64,000 nt of DNA from Candidatus Poribacteria bacterium. Lineage in GTDB: Bacteria; Poribacteria; WGA-4E; PCPOR2b. The translations under genes and the position numbers were made by a program. The stretch covers positions 3,584,001 to 3,648,000 of the forward strand of contig OZ242351.1 in assembly GCA_965208675.1 (NCBI GenBank). The letters run 5' to 3'. The notes beneath the pieces were generated by a model that made no database searches, was not told where the DNA came from, and worked only from the letters and a program-made list of their open reading frames with translations. Of this stretch, positions 9,970 through 20,471 are shown one piece after another (position 1 is the stretch's first letter; each line of letters opens with the position of its first letter).

Positions 9970-11634
9970 TTGATGCCAGTTGAACCGAGCGGACTCCCAA
10001 ATCACGAACCGGTGAATGGCGCAAACACCCAAACGAGCGACAAGCTGGGACCGCTGTTCGGCTTTTTCAGCCTCATTTTTCTATTCGCAACACTCGTTAT
10101 CCTGTTTCTCTCCAATAACCGTACATCCACTGTCTTCTGGATCTCCCTCGTGCTTGGAATCGCTGCATTTAGCGTTTTCGCTGCCAAGCGTTTTCAGGCA
10201 ATATTGCACTTCTTTGTTAGCCGCCAAGCCCGCTACGGTGCAAACGTCGCAATTAGCATACTGGCAACCCTTGGAATTGCAATCATCCTAAATGTTGTCG
10301 TTGCTCAACGATTCGATAAGGCTGCCGATTGGACAGCCGATAAAACCTTCACCCTATCGGATCAGACGAAGAACATCCTGCACGGATTGGACCGCGAGGT
10401 TAAGGTGATAGCCTTTTTCAGTAACTCTCCAAACAATCCACGGTCGCAACAGCAATATGGACTCGCTAAAGATATGTTGGAAAGGTACAAGCGAGAAACG
10501 GACAAACTCACGGTTGAATTCGTTGATCCCTACGCAGATCCGCTGAAGAAAGAGGAGCATGGTGTTCGACTCGATGAAACAACCGTCTTTGAGAGCAGCG
10601 GTGAACGGGAGCGGGTAACAGCCGTTGATGAACAAATGTATACAAGCGCAATCATGAAGGTGGTTCGCGACGAGATTAAGACAATCTACTTTCTGACAGG
10701 CCATGAAGAGCAGTCAATTGACGACTTTGAGCAGGGCGGCTATTCCCAAGCCAAAGAGGAATTAGAGACGCAGAACTATCTTGTTAAAACACTGGTTTTG
10801 ACAACCGAGCCGCAAGTCCCCGCCGATTGCGCGCTGCTCGTTATTCCCGGTCCAATATCGCCGCTCGCATTACACGAGATTAACGCGATTTCAAAATACC
10901 TAGATAATAACGGCAAATTACTTGTCATGTTTGAACCTTCGATAACACGATCGGAAGATCCGAATTGGAACCTGGTTCGCTTAATGGACCGATGGGGAAT
11001 TTCGGTTGGCAATAACCTCGTGGTAGATTTATCCGATTTCCTGTTTATTGGCGGCATTACTGCACCCGCTGTCACTAGATTTGAATTCCATCAGATAGTG
11101 CGCCACATGCGTCAACCTGTTTCGTTTTTGACCGCCCGTTCCGTGGCGCCAAAGGAAGGCGCAAGACCACAACTCAACGCCAAATCGCTCGCCAAGACGA
11201 CGGATGCGGTTGGCGATAGTTGGGGGGAAACTGCGCGGAAAGAAGACGGCACTTTCGCCGATCCTGAATACACACCGAACGAGGATGCGCCGCCGCCGGT
11301 CTCGCTCGCTGCCGCGGTCGAATTGATGAACGATGAGGAAATATCCGTCGATGAACCAAAGAAAACGAACACTCGTATCGTTGCTGTAGGCGACGCCGAC
11401 TTCGCCTCAAATTTCTTATTTGAAAGAACCGGCGGCGGCGATCTATTTCTGAATGCGGTGAACTGGCTCACGCAGGAAGAAGACCTGATTGCCATCCGCC
11501 CGAGAGACCCAAACGAGCGAACCCTGCGCTTTATGACACCCGGCGAATTTGCATTCGTGCAGATTGCATCAATTTTTCTTATCCCCTTAATTATCTTCTT
11601 TGTCGGGTTGGTCGTCTGGTGGCGGCGGCGGTAG
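9970..11634 (+). CDS. GldG-family ABC transporter auxiliary component
   Basis: DWT..FTLSDQT, IYFLTGHEE, VGDADF, LFLNAVNWL, C-terminal TM + WWRRR. Confidence 0.88.
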   Translation: MMPVEPSGLPNHEPVNGANTQTSDKLGPLFGFFSLIFLFATLVILFLSNNRTSTVFWISLVLGIAAFSVFAAKRFQAILHFFVSRQARYGANVAISILATLGIAIILNVVVAQRFDKAADWTADKTFTLSDQTKNILHGLDREVKVIAFFSNSPNNPRSQQQYGLAKDMLERYKRETDKLTVEFVDPYADPLKKEEHGVRLDETTVFESSGERERVTAVDEQMYTSAIMKVVRDEIKTIYFLTGHEEQSIDDFEQGGYSQAKEELETQNYLVKTLVLTTEPQVPADCALLVIPGPISPLALHEINAISKYLDNNGKLLVMFEPSITRSEDPNWNLVRLMDRWGISVGNNLVVDLSDFLFIGGITAPAVTRFEFHQIVRHMRQPVSFLTARSVAPKEGARPQLNAKSLAKTTDAVGDSWGETARKEDGTFADPEYTPNEDAPPPVSLAAAVELMNDEEISVDEPKKTNTRIVAVGDADFASNFLFERTGGGDLFLNAVNWLTQEEDLIAIRPRDPNERTLRFMTPGEFAFVQIASIFLIPLIIFFVGLVVWWRRR

Positions 11635-11711
11635 CGCAATAAATGCAGTCTGAACCGCGCCGCGCTGGAAACGTCAAACGTTTTCAGATTGGACTGAGAT
11701 GAGACAAACTC

Positions 11712-13487
11712 ATGAACTTCAAAACTACGCTGATAATACTCCTAATATTCATCGTCTTTGGCGGGTCGTACCTGCTGTTTTTTCAGGACAAACCTGCTGA
11801 TGATTCGGACGCCGACCAACCGAAAATCGGCGACGCCTACGCACTGGCCAAAGACGACATCCGTCGAGTGCGCATCTCATTCAACGATACCGCCTATGCC
11901 CCGCTTTCACTTACAAAAGACGTTGACAGCGCTTGGCAGTTAACAGAACCAATTGCCGCAGACGCGCAGGGCGCAAAGATTAACGAGATGCTTGGCGACC
12001 TGCTAAACAAGAAAATCAAGCGCACCCTTGAAGTGGCCACGCTGACGGAGTACGAACTCGATCCGCCCAAGATACAGATTCAACTCTGGACGACAGGCGA
12101 ATCGCCCGCAAAGACCTTTCTCATCGGCAAGAGGACAGTCAACTACTCCGTCTACGCAAAGGAGGGATCCGAGCCTCACATCTTCCTAATCGAATCGAGC
12201 GCGCTCGAAGATTTCACGAAATCGGCGTCAGATTTCCGGGATCGATCGGCTTTAAAATTCGATGCGGAAGAAGTTACAGGGTTGACACTGCGGGTCATGG
12301 ACGAGAGTGCGATTCGTTGCCATAAGCGTGAGTCGAACCTCTGGCAGATGGACGAACCTGTGGAGGCAGCGGCGGACGCCAAAGAGATCGAGTCAATCCT
12401 GACGGCGCTCAACGCCTTGAAGGTCGTCGTTTTTGCGGAGGATGGCGCGGAGGATGTCACCCCGTATGGACTCGATACGCCGCGAATCCAAGTCCGCCTC
12501 GACCTATCAGACGGCGACACTCAGACGCTGCTAATCGGCGGCGACGATAAGGCAACCGGCCGCATCTACACAAAAAGTGCGGACCTCGACGCAGTCTACG
12601 CTGTCAACAGCGAAATTTACGCCAGTCTCAATAAGTCTGTTTTCGATCTCCGAAGCAAGCGCGTTATCGACTTCCAGCGAACCGCGGCAATCCGATTTGA
12701 GATTGAACGGCAAGGCAAAAAAAAGGTTGTTTGCGAGAAAAACAGCGGCGGCGAATGGGAAATCAGTGCGCCGGTTGTGTTGAAAGCGGATGCATCCGCA
12801 GTCGACGATCTGCTGTTCGGCGTTGATTCGCTGAAGGCGGTCGAATTTGCCGCCGATTCGCCCAAAAACCTTCAACCGTACGGACTAGATGCCCCGTCAA
12901 TCAAAGTTTTATTCACAACGACCGGCGAGGATTCAGTTGCTCTCCTTATCGGGAATTTAAAGGGTGAGACTGTCTACGTAAAATCTCAAAACGCCGAACC
13001 TGTCTACGGGGTGAAGAAAAATCTCATTGACCTCGTTGGGGTGGGAGTCGCATCGTTGCGCGACAAACAGATTCTCGACTTCGACAGCGATTCCGCGGTT
13101 AAGCTCACGCTTCGGCATGGCGATGCCAACTTAACCTGCCAGAAACAGGGGACGAACTGGCGGCTGATTCATCCGGTGCAGGAGGATGCAAAAAATGGAA
13201 CCGTCAACACTATCCTTTATCAGATTGGCGAGCTGAAAGTCGAGGAGTTTTTGGCGGATACGCCCGATGCAGCCAGTACCGGCTTGGATGCGCCTGCAAT
13301 TCAGGTCAACGTCACGTTGAAGGATGGAACCGAGCATGTGCTGCAAATCGGCAAACCTGCAGAATCCGAACACCTCCACGCCCGGGTGTGGCGTTTGCCG
13401 GACACAGTTTTTTTGCTCAGATCGGATATCGCCGAAACGCTCAAGAAAACAGTGGAGGATTTCCGAGCGATTCCCGATGAGGCTTAA
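11712..13487 (+). CDS. DUF4340 repeat protein
   Basis: N-terminal anchor; three repeats with W...P..A and YGLD.P motifs. Confidence 0.85.
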   Translation: MNFKTTLIILLIFIVFGGSYLLFFQDKPADDSDADQPKIGDAYALAKDDIRRVRISFNDTAYAPLSLTKDVDSAWQLTEPIAADAQGAKINEMLGDLLNKKIKRTLEVATLTEYELDPPKIQIQLWTTGESPAKTFLIGKRTVNYSVYAKEGSEPHIFLIESSALEDFTKSASDFRDRSALKFDAEEVTGLTLRVMDESAIRCHKRESNLWQMDEPVEAAADAKEIESILTALNALKVVVFAEDGAEDVTPYGLDTPRIQVRLDLSDGDTQTLLIGGDDKATGRIYTKSADLDAVYAVNSEIYASLNKSVFDLRSKRVIDFQRTAAIRFEIERQGKKKVVCEKNSGGEWEISAPVVLKADASAVDDLLFGVDSLKAVEFAADSPKNLQPYGLDAPSIKVLFTTTGEDSVALLIGNLKGETVYVKSQNAEPVYGVKKNLIDLVGVGVASLRDKQILDFDSDSAVKLTLRHGDANLTCQKQGTNWRLIHPVQEDAKNGTVNTILYQIGELKVEEFLADTPDAASTGLDAPAIQVNVTLKDGTEHVLQIGKPAESEHLHARVWRLPDTVFLLRSDIAETLKKTVEDFRAIPDEA

Positions 13488-13702
13488 CTCGATATTGCAT
13501 CGATGTTTCCGGCTGGAGACATCCCATCGGTTCATGCATCTTTGGCGCAACGGAACCCGATATCGCCTTCAACCTGCGTTGCGCTGACCCGCTCGCGGTA
13601 CGAAACCCGCAACGGCGGCCCAAAACCTCCCGCTCCCATCCACCCTCAAAACATCACACGCAACTGACGCCACACGGAGTGTGCCTACTACTTTAAACAA
13701 AA

Positions 13703-13733
13703 AGAGGGGGTTGCTAAACTAGCAACCCCCTCT
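13703..13733 (-). terminator. Intrinsic terminator downstream of tRNA-Leu
   Basis: agagggggttgcta-aac-tagcaaccccctct hairpin; T-run on minus strand. Confidence 0.8.
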
Positions 13734-13747
13734 ATCGTGTCCTTTCA

Positions 13748-13830
13748 TGCCCCCGACTGGACTCGAACCAGCATGCCCGTTAAGGCACAGGCCCTCAACC
13801 TGCCGTGTATACCAATTCCACCACAGGGGC
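13748..13830 (-). tRNA. tRNA-Leu(GAG)
   Basis: GCCCCTG acceptor, D-loop TGGTA, GCAGG-TTGAGGG-CCTGT anticodon arm, long variable arm, GGTTCGAGTCC; CCA not encoded. Confidence 0.95.
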
Positions 13831-13931
13831 ACATAAACTTGCAAACATCAAAAAAATTATATCATCGGCAATCTGGGAATGTCAAGTGGAATCACTCGGT
13901 TGGCAATGCGGATTTGGAGGCTGGAAAGGGT

Positions 13932-14417
13932 CTACTTTCTCCGCAGGAATAGGAAGCTATACGAGTACGGGTTGTCTTCATCAGGCTGACAGTCGACGCG
14001 CTTGTCCTCGTGCCAGTCTTCCAAATTAAACGCTGGAAAATAGGTGTTGCCTTCAAAGCAGTGATGTATCAGCGTCATATAGATTCGTTCTGCCCGCGGC
14101 AAGAACTGCGCGTAGATTGGTGCGCCGCCGCATATCATCACCTCTTCGTGTGTCTTAACAACATCCAAAGCCTCTTCCACGGAATTCACCACGACGCATC
14201 CTTCCGCCCGATAACCGCGGTTGCGCGTCAACACAATATTAATACGGTTCTTCAGCGGTTCCCCAACGGTTTCATAAGTCCTGCGCCCCATCACCACAGG
14301 CTTGTGCAAGGTCTTTCGGAAGAAATGTTTCAAATCGGCAGGTAGATTCCAAGGCAGCCCGTCGCCCGTGCCAATCAGGCGGTTTTTATCCATTGCTGTG
14401 ATGATGGAGATAATCAT
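13932..14417 (-). CDS. folA: Dihydrofolate reductase
   Basis: LPWNLPADLKHF, MGRRTYE, PLKNRINIVL, GGAPIY. Confidence 0.95.
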   Translation of the reverse strand: MIISIITAMDKNRLIGTGDGLPWNLPADLKHFFRKTLHKPVVMGRRTYETVGEPLKNRINIVLTRNRGYRAEGCVVVNSVEEALDVVKTHEEVMICGGAPIYAQFLPRAERIYMTLIHHCFEGNTYFPAFNLEDWHEDKRVDCQPDEDNPYSYSFLFLRRK

Positions 14418-14429
14418 CGGCGCGCCCCT

Positions 14430-15251
14430 TCACACCACCATCGGTGCTTTTATAACGCCGTGAGCATTATAATTGCGCAGTTCGATATCCTGCATCTTGA
14501 AGTTGTCAATCGATGTAATCTCTGGATTCAAGTAGAGTTCAGGCAGTCCAAGTGGTTCGCGCCCCAACTGCATCTCTACCTGTTCGAAATGGAGGTGGTA
14601 GATGTGGGCATCGCCCAAAGTGTGGACAAACTCGCCCGGCGCCAGGTCCGTTATTTGTGCGACCATGTGCAGCAGCAAGGCGTATGAGGCGATATTGAAC
14701 GGCACACCAAGAAACATATCACAGCTCCGCTGATACAACTGCAGCGACAGTTTTCCGTCAGCCACGAAGAACTGGAAAAGTGTGTGGCAGGGTTCAAGAG
14801 CCATCTGATCCAATTCACCCGGATTCCAAGCCGTTACCACATGGCGGCGGCTGTAGGGTTGAGATTTAATGCCTTCGATAGCGTTGGAAAGCTGGTCTAT
14901 GGATTGCCCGTCGCCAGTTTTCCAAGACCGCCACTGCACACCGTAAATTCGCCCAAGATCGCCATCAAACCGCGCCTTGGGCTTCCAGTAATCCGCATCC
15001 GCATTTGCGTCCCAGATGCGGCAACCTAGTTTCTGAAAATCTTTTACATCGGAGTAGCCCCTTAAGAAACCCAGCAGCTCGGCTTTCACGCCGGTTTTGA
15101 ACGCAAGTTTTTTGGTCGTGACGGCTGGAAAACCGTCCGCCATATCGTAGCGCATCTGCATACCGAACAGTGCGCGCGAGAAACCGTTGCGGCCGTGGCG
15201 ATCCACGCCGTTATCCATAATCTGCTTCAGCGCATCTAAATACTGCTTCAT
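14430..15251 (-). CDS. thyA: Thymidylate synthase
   Basis: YGVQWR, SRRH..AWNP, PCH, YQRSCD.FLGVPFN, DAHIY. Confidence 0.97.
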   Translation of the reverse strand: MKQYLDALKQIMDNGVDRHGRNGFSRALFGMQMRYDMADGFPAVTTKKLAFKTGVKAELLGFLRGYSDVKDFQKLGCRIWDANADADYWKPKARFDGDLGRIYGVQWRSWKTGDGQSIDQLSNAIEGIKSQPYSRRHVVTAWNPGELDQMALEPCHTLFQFFVADGKLSLQLYQRSCDMFLGVPFNIASYALLLHMVAQITDLAPGEFVHTLGDAHIYHLHFEQVEMQLGREPLGLPELYLNPEITSIDNFKMQDIELRNYNAHGVIKAPMVV

Positions 15252-15289
15252 CGTCTCCCGTTCGTATGTGCGTGGGTTTGAAAATTACG

Positions 15290-15733
15290 CTACGAATTGC
15301 TCGCTTCATCGGTGCTTCCAAATCCACCGCGCGTCTTCGAGTGGGTCTCAGACACTTCCATCCAATCTACCTGATCGACCCGCACGAAAATCGCCTGCGC
15401 AATCCTATCGCCGCGCTCAATCGTTGCCGGCTGTTCTGAAAAATTGTAGATTTGAATCTTTACCTCATCGTCTTCGCCGCAGTAATCCTGATCGATGACG
15501 CCAACCCCGTGCGGGATGAGCAGCCCGTGTTTGCGGGGCGTGCTGCTTCGGAGTGTCACCATCAACATATACCCCGGCGGGGTTTCAACGATGACATTCG
15601 CGGGTACTAGCCCCAATGTGCGCGGTTCAATCGCCACCGATTCTCGGCACACCAAATCAAAGCCGACGGAACCGGCGGTTGCATATTGCGGTAGCGGAAG
15701 ATTCTTGTCCTGCCGTTTGATTTTAACTTTCAT
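15290..15733 (-). CDS. dut: dUTP diphosphatase
   Basis: GSVGFDL, RSS, GVIDQDYCG, GDRIAQ, RGGFGST. Confidence 0.95.
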   Translation of the reverse strand: MKVKIKRQDKNLPLPQYATAGSVGFDLVCRESVAIEPRTLGLVPANVIVETPPGYMLMVTLRSSTPRKHGLLIPHGVGVIDQDYCGEDDEVKIQIYNFSEQPATIERGDRIAQAIFVRVDQVDWMEVSETHSKTRGGFGSTDEASNS

Positions 15734-15788
15734 CAAATACCAATGAATCAAAGGTTGCCGTTAAAGGGAATGAACCCAATTTATTGAT

Positions 15789-15826
15789 GAGAAACCGAGT
15801 TTTTTTCTTCAAAACTCGGTTTCTTT
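15789..15826. repeat. Dispersed hairpin GAGAAACCGAGTT..AACTCGGTTTCTT (second copy 45602-45639)
   Basis: Near-identical palindromes in two intergenic regions. Confidence 0.75.
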
Positions 15827-15834
15827 GAGGCGCG

Positions 15835-16719
15835 TTAAGGCACTGGAATTCCCGATACCTTGCACTCCACACGATAAATCGAGGTAGACGCCGTGATGAA
15901 AAGCGATTTCCAATCACCGCCGCCCCAAGCCAGATTGGCTGTAATTTCCGGTGTTTTTATGATGCCGAGGTGTTTACCCGACGGATCGGAAATCCAAACG
16001 CCGCCAGGCCCCGTCGCATAAATGTTTCCAAGCACGTCAACCTTCATTCCGTCCGGTACACCATTTTCTCCGGATTCCTCTGCGAAAACTCGGCCTTTTC
16101 CAAGCGTGCCGTCGAGTTGAAGGTCAAAGGCGCGAATGTGCATTCGGGCGGTATCATCTACGTAAAGAACCGATTCGTCCGGCGAGAAGCAAAGTCCGTT
16201 CGGGCCGTCAAAATCATCGGCGAGAAGCGTCAGAGTCCGGCAATCAGCGGACAGTCGGTAGACGCCTTGGAAACCGAGTTCTTGCCCTTTGATTTCCCCA
16301 TCATCATCCATGATGCCGTAAGGCGGGTCGGTAAAGTAGATGCTCCCATCCGATTTCACGACCACATCGTTCGGGCTGTTCAACCGCTTTCCGTTATAAT
16401 GCGCGGCAATTGCGATGATTGTCCCATCGGCTTCCGTTCGTGAGACTCGCCGGTTCCCATGTTCGCATGCAATCAGCCGCCCCTGTTTATCATAAGTCAA
16501 TCCGTTCGAGCGGCCCGATGGAGGCCGGAAGTTTGTGATTCCGGAATCGGGGCGCCACCGTTTAATCTGATTTGCCGGAATGTCGCTGAACAACAGATAC
16601 CCCGCCGCGGCATTCCAGAGCGGACCCTCGGTAAACTGGCATCCTGACCCAAGCCGCTCAGCCTGAGCGTCAGCGTCAACCAAATCCAACAGTTCTGGAG
16701 ATCGAACTTCAATGCTCAA
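15835..16719 (-). CDS. SMP-30/gluconolactonase/LRE family protein
   Basis: FTEGPLW, SNGL, NSPND, FTDPPYG, PNGL.FSPDE, PDGMKVD. Confidence 0.92.
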   Translation of the reverse strand: MSIEVRSPELLDLVDADAQAERLGSGCQFTEGPLWNAAAGYLLFSDIPANQIKRWRPDSGITNFRPPSGRSNGLTYDKQGRLIACEHGNRRVSRTEADGTIIAIAAHYNGKRLNSPNDVVVKSDGSIYFTDPPYGIMDDDGEIKGQELGFQGVYRLSADCRTLTLLADDFDGPNGLCFSPDESVLYVDDTARMHIRAFDLQLDGTLGKGRVFAEESGENGVPDGMKVDVLGNIYATGPGGVWISDPSGKHLGIIKTPEITANLAWGGGDWKSLFITASTSIYRVECKVSGIPVP

Positions 16720-16756
16720 TACAATACTCCTTCACGAGGCAGTGTAACATTGACTA

Positions 16757-16958
16757 TGTTCTGTTGACATTTTGAGGCTACTGATTCGGCAAAGGTTGTC
16801 ACCATTGGATAATCTGATATAAGTAGCGCAAACTGTTAGTTTGCGGGCTCGCATCACAATCTAACAGATTGTGTTACAAAAGATTCCTTTGTACTTGATA
16901 GGGACTGCCGTTTAACCGTTCAATTCAACCTACGGGATGCCAAATGTCAACACGCCCT
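16757..16958 (-). mobile_element. ~200-bp MITE, copy 1 (inverted relative to 40381-40587)
   Basis: Near-identical to the 40.4 kb copy; TIRs GTTCTGTTGACATTT / AAATGTCAACACGCCC; CTA(T/G) flanks. Confidence 0.9.
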
Positions 16959-17057
16959 AGTGCATTTGTCATAAAGTTAGCACACCCCAAAAAAATTTAC
17001 AAGCCCAAACTTGATGCAGTGACGGGCATGTAACGGCGCAAACTCCACAACAAATGA

Positions 17058-17086
17058 TTGACAGAATTTTTATATAAGGGTATAAT
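17058..17086 (+). promoter_or_regulatory. Perfect consensus sigma70 promoter
   Basis: TTGACA-17 bp-TATAAT. Confidence 0.8.
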
Positions 17087-17159
17087 GGTTTTGATTTTTG
17101 AATCGGCGGGTCGGTCCATGCTTATGCAGACCGCGAGGCGGTAGTGTATTGAGAAAGGC

Positions 17160-17236
<77 letters not shown>

Positions 17237-17360
17237 ACCTTAGAAGCATTTTATGATAAAATACCCGCTGATAATTGTCAAGTGAATTTCTCGCAAATCG
17301 AGCACCGTCCCCAACCTGCAGGCTAGTAAATGGTCATCTAAATGTGAGGAGGAATGTAAA

Positions 17361-18476
17361 ATGCGCCGAACTGTCCAACGCCTGTCCATCTCGATTATCA
17401 TCGCTTTATTCTTGTTCAGTCTAAACGCCGAGGTCTTTTCGAAGGGCGGCGGAGGGTTCGGCCGATCATTCGGCAGAAGCTACAGCAGCCGCAGTTCTAG
17501 CAAATCCTACAGCCGGACGGCGTCTCGCTCGTCCACCAGCCGTTCATGGTGGGGCGGCTCTCGCGCATCTACTTCCACAAGCCGGCGAGCCGCTGCACCT
17601 GCCGGTCAACGCAGCGCGGGCAAGAGTTACGGTCAAAGCACAAGTCGGCGTTCAAGCAACACTGCCACGCGGCAAAGCAGCGCGGTACGCCAAAAACAGG
17701 GCGCTATGAGCGGCGCCAGAACTTCATCCGCAGTCTCAACGAGAAACATGACCGGCAGCCAGAAACGCTCGTTGCGAGGCCAACGCCGCACAGAAGCGCG
17801 AAACCTTAAAGCAGAAAACCGCAGCCTCAAACGCCAGACACGGCAGGCGCGGCGGGAAACTGCCCGCGAGCGGCGCCGAACCGCTGAAGCCGCTTCGCCT
17901 ATTACAGTCAACAATTTCGGCGGCTTCTACCCGCTTGGAGGCTATTCCACCTTCGGTCTTGCTGCAAGCATGATGTACGGGAATATGATGGCTGGTATCT
18001 ATTTCCACGACCACTATAACCATATGATGCACCGCAGCTGGCTATGGCACTATCATCACCATGACTATGACCGGTCGCACTGGTCGAAGGACAAGCAAGG
18101 GGAGTACGAGAAATGGCGCGCCTATTACGACAGCCAAGGTGTTGAAAAAAACCCGAATTATGTCGACCCGGGCACTAGCCGCGATGAAGACTACACCGAA
18201 TCGTATGTCGAGAAAAATAGCGACAAGTTTTACGGTCCCAATGCCGCTGAAGCCGTGACCGTCGAAGAGCTCCCCAACGAAAAGGAACTCCGCGAAACGG
18301 TATTGGCGGGCGGCGCTGACGCCGCCATTCAGTCACAACCGCAGCGGGTTACGGTCGAAAGAAAGGTCGTCGTTCAGAAAAAGACATCCGGCGGCGCTTG
18401 GTTCCTCATGGTGTTCGGCAGCCTAATCGTCGTCGGCATCGTGGTTTTGGTGCTGTATAACAAGGGGTACTTCTAG
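17361..18476 (+). CDS. Exported Ser/Arg/Gly-rich protein with His-rich segment and C-terminal TM
   Basis: GAGGAGG RBS, signal peptide, low-complexity region, HDHYNHMMH..HYHHH, C-terminal hydrophobic helix. Confidence 0.8.
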   Translation: MRRTVQRLSISIIIALFLFSLNAEVFSKGGGGFGRSFGRSYSSRSSSKSYSRTASRSSTSRSWWGGSRASTSTSRRAAAPAGQRSAGKSYGQSTSRRSSNTATRQSSAVRQKQGAMSGARTSSAVSTRNMTGSQKRSLRGQRRTEARNLKAENRSLKRQTRQARRETARERRRTAEAASPITVNNFGGFYPLGGYSTFGLAASMMYGNMMAGIYFHDHYNHMMHRSWLWHYHHHDYDRSHWSKDKQGEYEKWRAYYDSQGVEKNPNYVDPGTSRDEDYTESYVEKNSDKFYGPNAAEAVTVEELPNEKELRETVLAGGADAAIQSQPQRVTVERKVVVQKKTSGGAWFLMVFGSLIVVGIVVLVLYNKGYF

Positions 18477-18498
18477 GTTCAGATAGGGGTGAAGGCAC

Positions 18499-19203
18499 AT
18501 GGGGTTATTTGCGCGTAAACGCAAAACTCAACAACCGAATCGGCACGAGTTGGTAGAAATTCCTATCGGCAGTATGATTGAACTCACCGATCCAACCACG
18601 TTTGAAACCAGCGACACGCCGTCACGCACGTTTGAACTCATAGAGCGCAAAAAGTATGAAGGCGAAGGGCTCATGCGCTTTATGTATACGCTTAAAGATG
18701 GGAACGAGGTCGTGATTTTAGGCGTTGACCAAATCGGGGGCACCGATGAGTTTGAAGTCACGCGATGGATTATTGACAGTGAAGAGGAGATTGATAACGG
18801 CGGCGGCAGCCCTGAAGACGAGGATGATGACGAGGATGAATATTACTTCGACGACGATGACGACGACGATGCAGGTTTTATCATAGATGAAGGCGGCGGC
18901 GATTCTGAATCAAGCGCCGATCTGCCGGATAGCATCACGCTCCACTACACCGACCCCGACGACGAAGATTTGGAGTTTTCGGTCGAGTACCTTCGCCAAG
19001 TGGTCACGCCGGCAAACATGACCGTCGCCAACCTGAAAACGTTAGAAGAGTACGATGTCGAACTACACGATTATAACGCCGAAGAGGGGGGATTGATGTG
19101 TGTGGAGCACTGCGGCAATTGGTTGACCTTCTATGTCGGCGAGTTAATCTCCCAATCCGATGTAAATGTCTATCCTGCCGAGGAGGAGGCAGAATATATA
19201 TAA
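18499..19203 (+). CDS. Acidic protein, possibly DUF4178-like
   Basis: MGLF start, poly-Asp insert, C-terminal F.VGE.I...DV; DUF350 neighbour. Confidence 0.6.
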   Translation: MGLFARKRKTQQPNRHELVEIPIGSMIELTDPTTFETSDTPSRTFELIERKKYEGEGLMRFMYTLKDGNEVVILGVDQIGGTDEFEVTRWIIDSEEEIDNGGGSPEDEDDDEDEYYFDDDDDDDAGFIIDEGGGDSESSADLPDSITLHYTDPDDEDLEFSVEYLRQVVTPANMTVANLKTLEEYDVELHDYNAEEGGLMCVEHCGNWLTFYVGELISQSDVNVYPAEEEAEYI

Positions 19204-19206
19204 ATT

Positions 19207-19327
19207 AAGACTTTCGCAGTGAGTTCAAAAGTCCCCCTGATAAGGGGGATTTAGGGGGTTAAAAGCACTGAATTAGCGACTTTTTAAGCCCAATATTTCC
19301 TTTTTCTGCTCAATTTGCGTAAGTCCT
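19207..19327. mobile_element. MITE-like element with AGGACTTACGCA-type termini
   Basis: aagactttcgca...tgcgtaagtcct; internal ccccctgataaggggg palindrome. Confidence 0.7.
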
Positions 19328-19419
19328 ACAATTTGTTAACCCCAATAACGAAGTAACATGTCCGCGAACCCGCAATTTTAGTCACAAACATCACCTTCAA
19401 CGAAGGAGGAATTTAGCAA

Positions 19420-19764
19420 ATGGCAAAAAAAATCGTTATTCTCAGTTTCTGTGTCGCAATCGCTTTTATCCTCGCTGCGTCGTTCCTATCGACGACGGTT
19501 GACGCTCAAGGTGAAACATCTGAAGCGGTAGACAGCGGGGCATTTATCGACTTCAAACACCTCGCGCTGCTCATCGTTGAGAGCGTCATTTTCAGCATTG
19601 TCGGTATGATAGTCTTGGTGATTGGATATAAAATCTTCGACGCCGTCACACCGTACGATCTGAACCACGAGATTGCCGAGGATGATAATGCCGCGGCTGG
19701 AATTTCTATCGCAGGGCTGCTCATTGCTCTGGGACTGATTGTGGCAGCGGCGATATCAGGCTAA
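19420..19764 (+). CDS. DUF350 family membrane protein
   Basis: KIFDAVTPYDL..EI..DN.AAGI..AG...ALGLIVAAAI. Confidence 0.9.
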   Translation: MAKKIVILSFCVAIAFILAASFLSTTVDAQGETSEAVDSGAFIDFKHLALLIVESVIFSIVGMIVLVIGYKIFDAVTPYDLNHEIAEDDNAAAGISIAGLLIALGLIVAAAISG

Positions 19765-19800
19765 TTGGTCAGCAGCCGACCAATCCGTTATTAGGTCGTT

Positions 19801-19931
19801 TATAGTCATGTAGATATATATTTACACACATTCAGATACCCCCTGATAAGGGAGGCTAGGGGGGTTGACACCCCTTTTTGATGGCCGCAAGATTGAGCGG
19901 TGATGTGTAATTCATAGTCGAAGTGACTATA
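19801..19931. mobile_element. MITE-like element, TATAGTCA...TGACTATA termini
   Basis: Same termini as 8143-8260 with different interior (ccccctgataagggag palindrome). Confidence 0.6.
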
Positions 19932-19943
19932 GCAGAAGATACT

Positions 19944-19981
19944 AGGGGCAATCTGCGCACTCGCGCGGATTGCCTCTTTTC
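19944..19981 (+). terminator. Intrinsic terminator of DUF350 operon
   Basis: aggggcaatctgcgc-actc-gcgcggattgcctct + T-run. Confidence 0.7.
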
Positions 19982-20241
19982 AATTGTGTTAATGTAGGTT
20001 GGGTTAAGCGATCAATCGACTGAACGGTTTAATGTAGGTTGGGTTAAGCGGTGTTGACGAAAAAAGTATGTATGCCCCATGCGTATTCAAGGTTTGATTG
20101 CGTACGAAGTTTTGTTTGATGTAGCGAACCCAACGCTTTTTGGTAATTGCGGATGTGGTTCGTTGAACGGACGCGGCGCCGGTTTCGGAAAAAACTATCG
20201 CTGTCCACCAGTTTCGGGAGTTGATTCAGTTTGAAATCAGT

Positions 20242-20389
20242 AGGAGTTACGCAGTTGAACGTCCAAAGGTTCGTAGTAGGGCAATTTATTGCCCGTTCCT
20301 TCATAAAACAACATGTCAGGTCAAGGACGTGAACGACCTGCCGGACGCGCAATAAATTGCGCTACTACAAACTGAACTGCGTAAGTCCT
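20242..20389. mobile_element. MITE with AGGA(G/C)TTACGCA TIRs and 7-bp direct flanks
   Basis: aatcagt on both sides; partial inverted copy at 33656-33754; internal GTAGTAG-gcaatttattgc palindromes. Confidence 0.8.
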
Positions 20390-20471
20390 AATCAGTTATG
20401 ATGTAACGTAATCCAATGTTTTTTTGTTTATCAATGCGATCGAATTGAGAGTCGCATTGACCTAGAAACCG

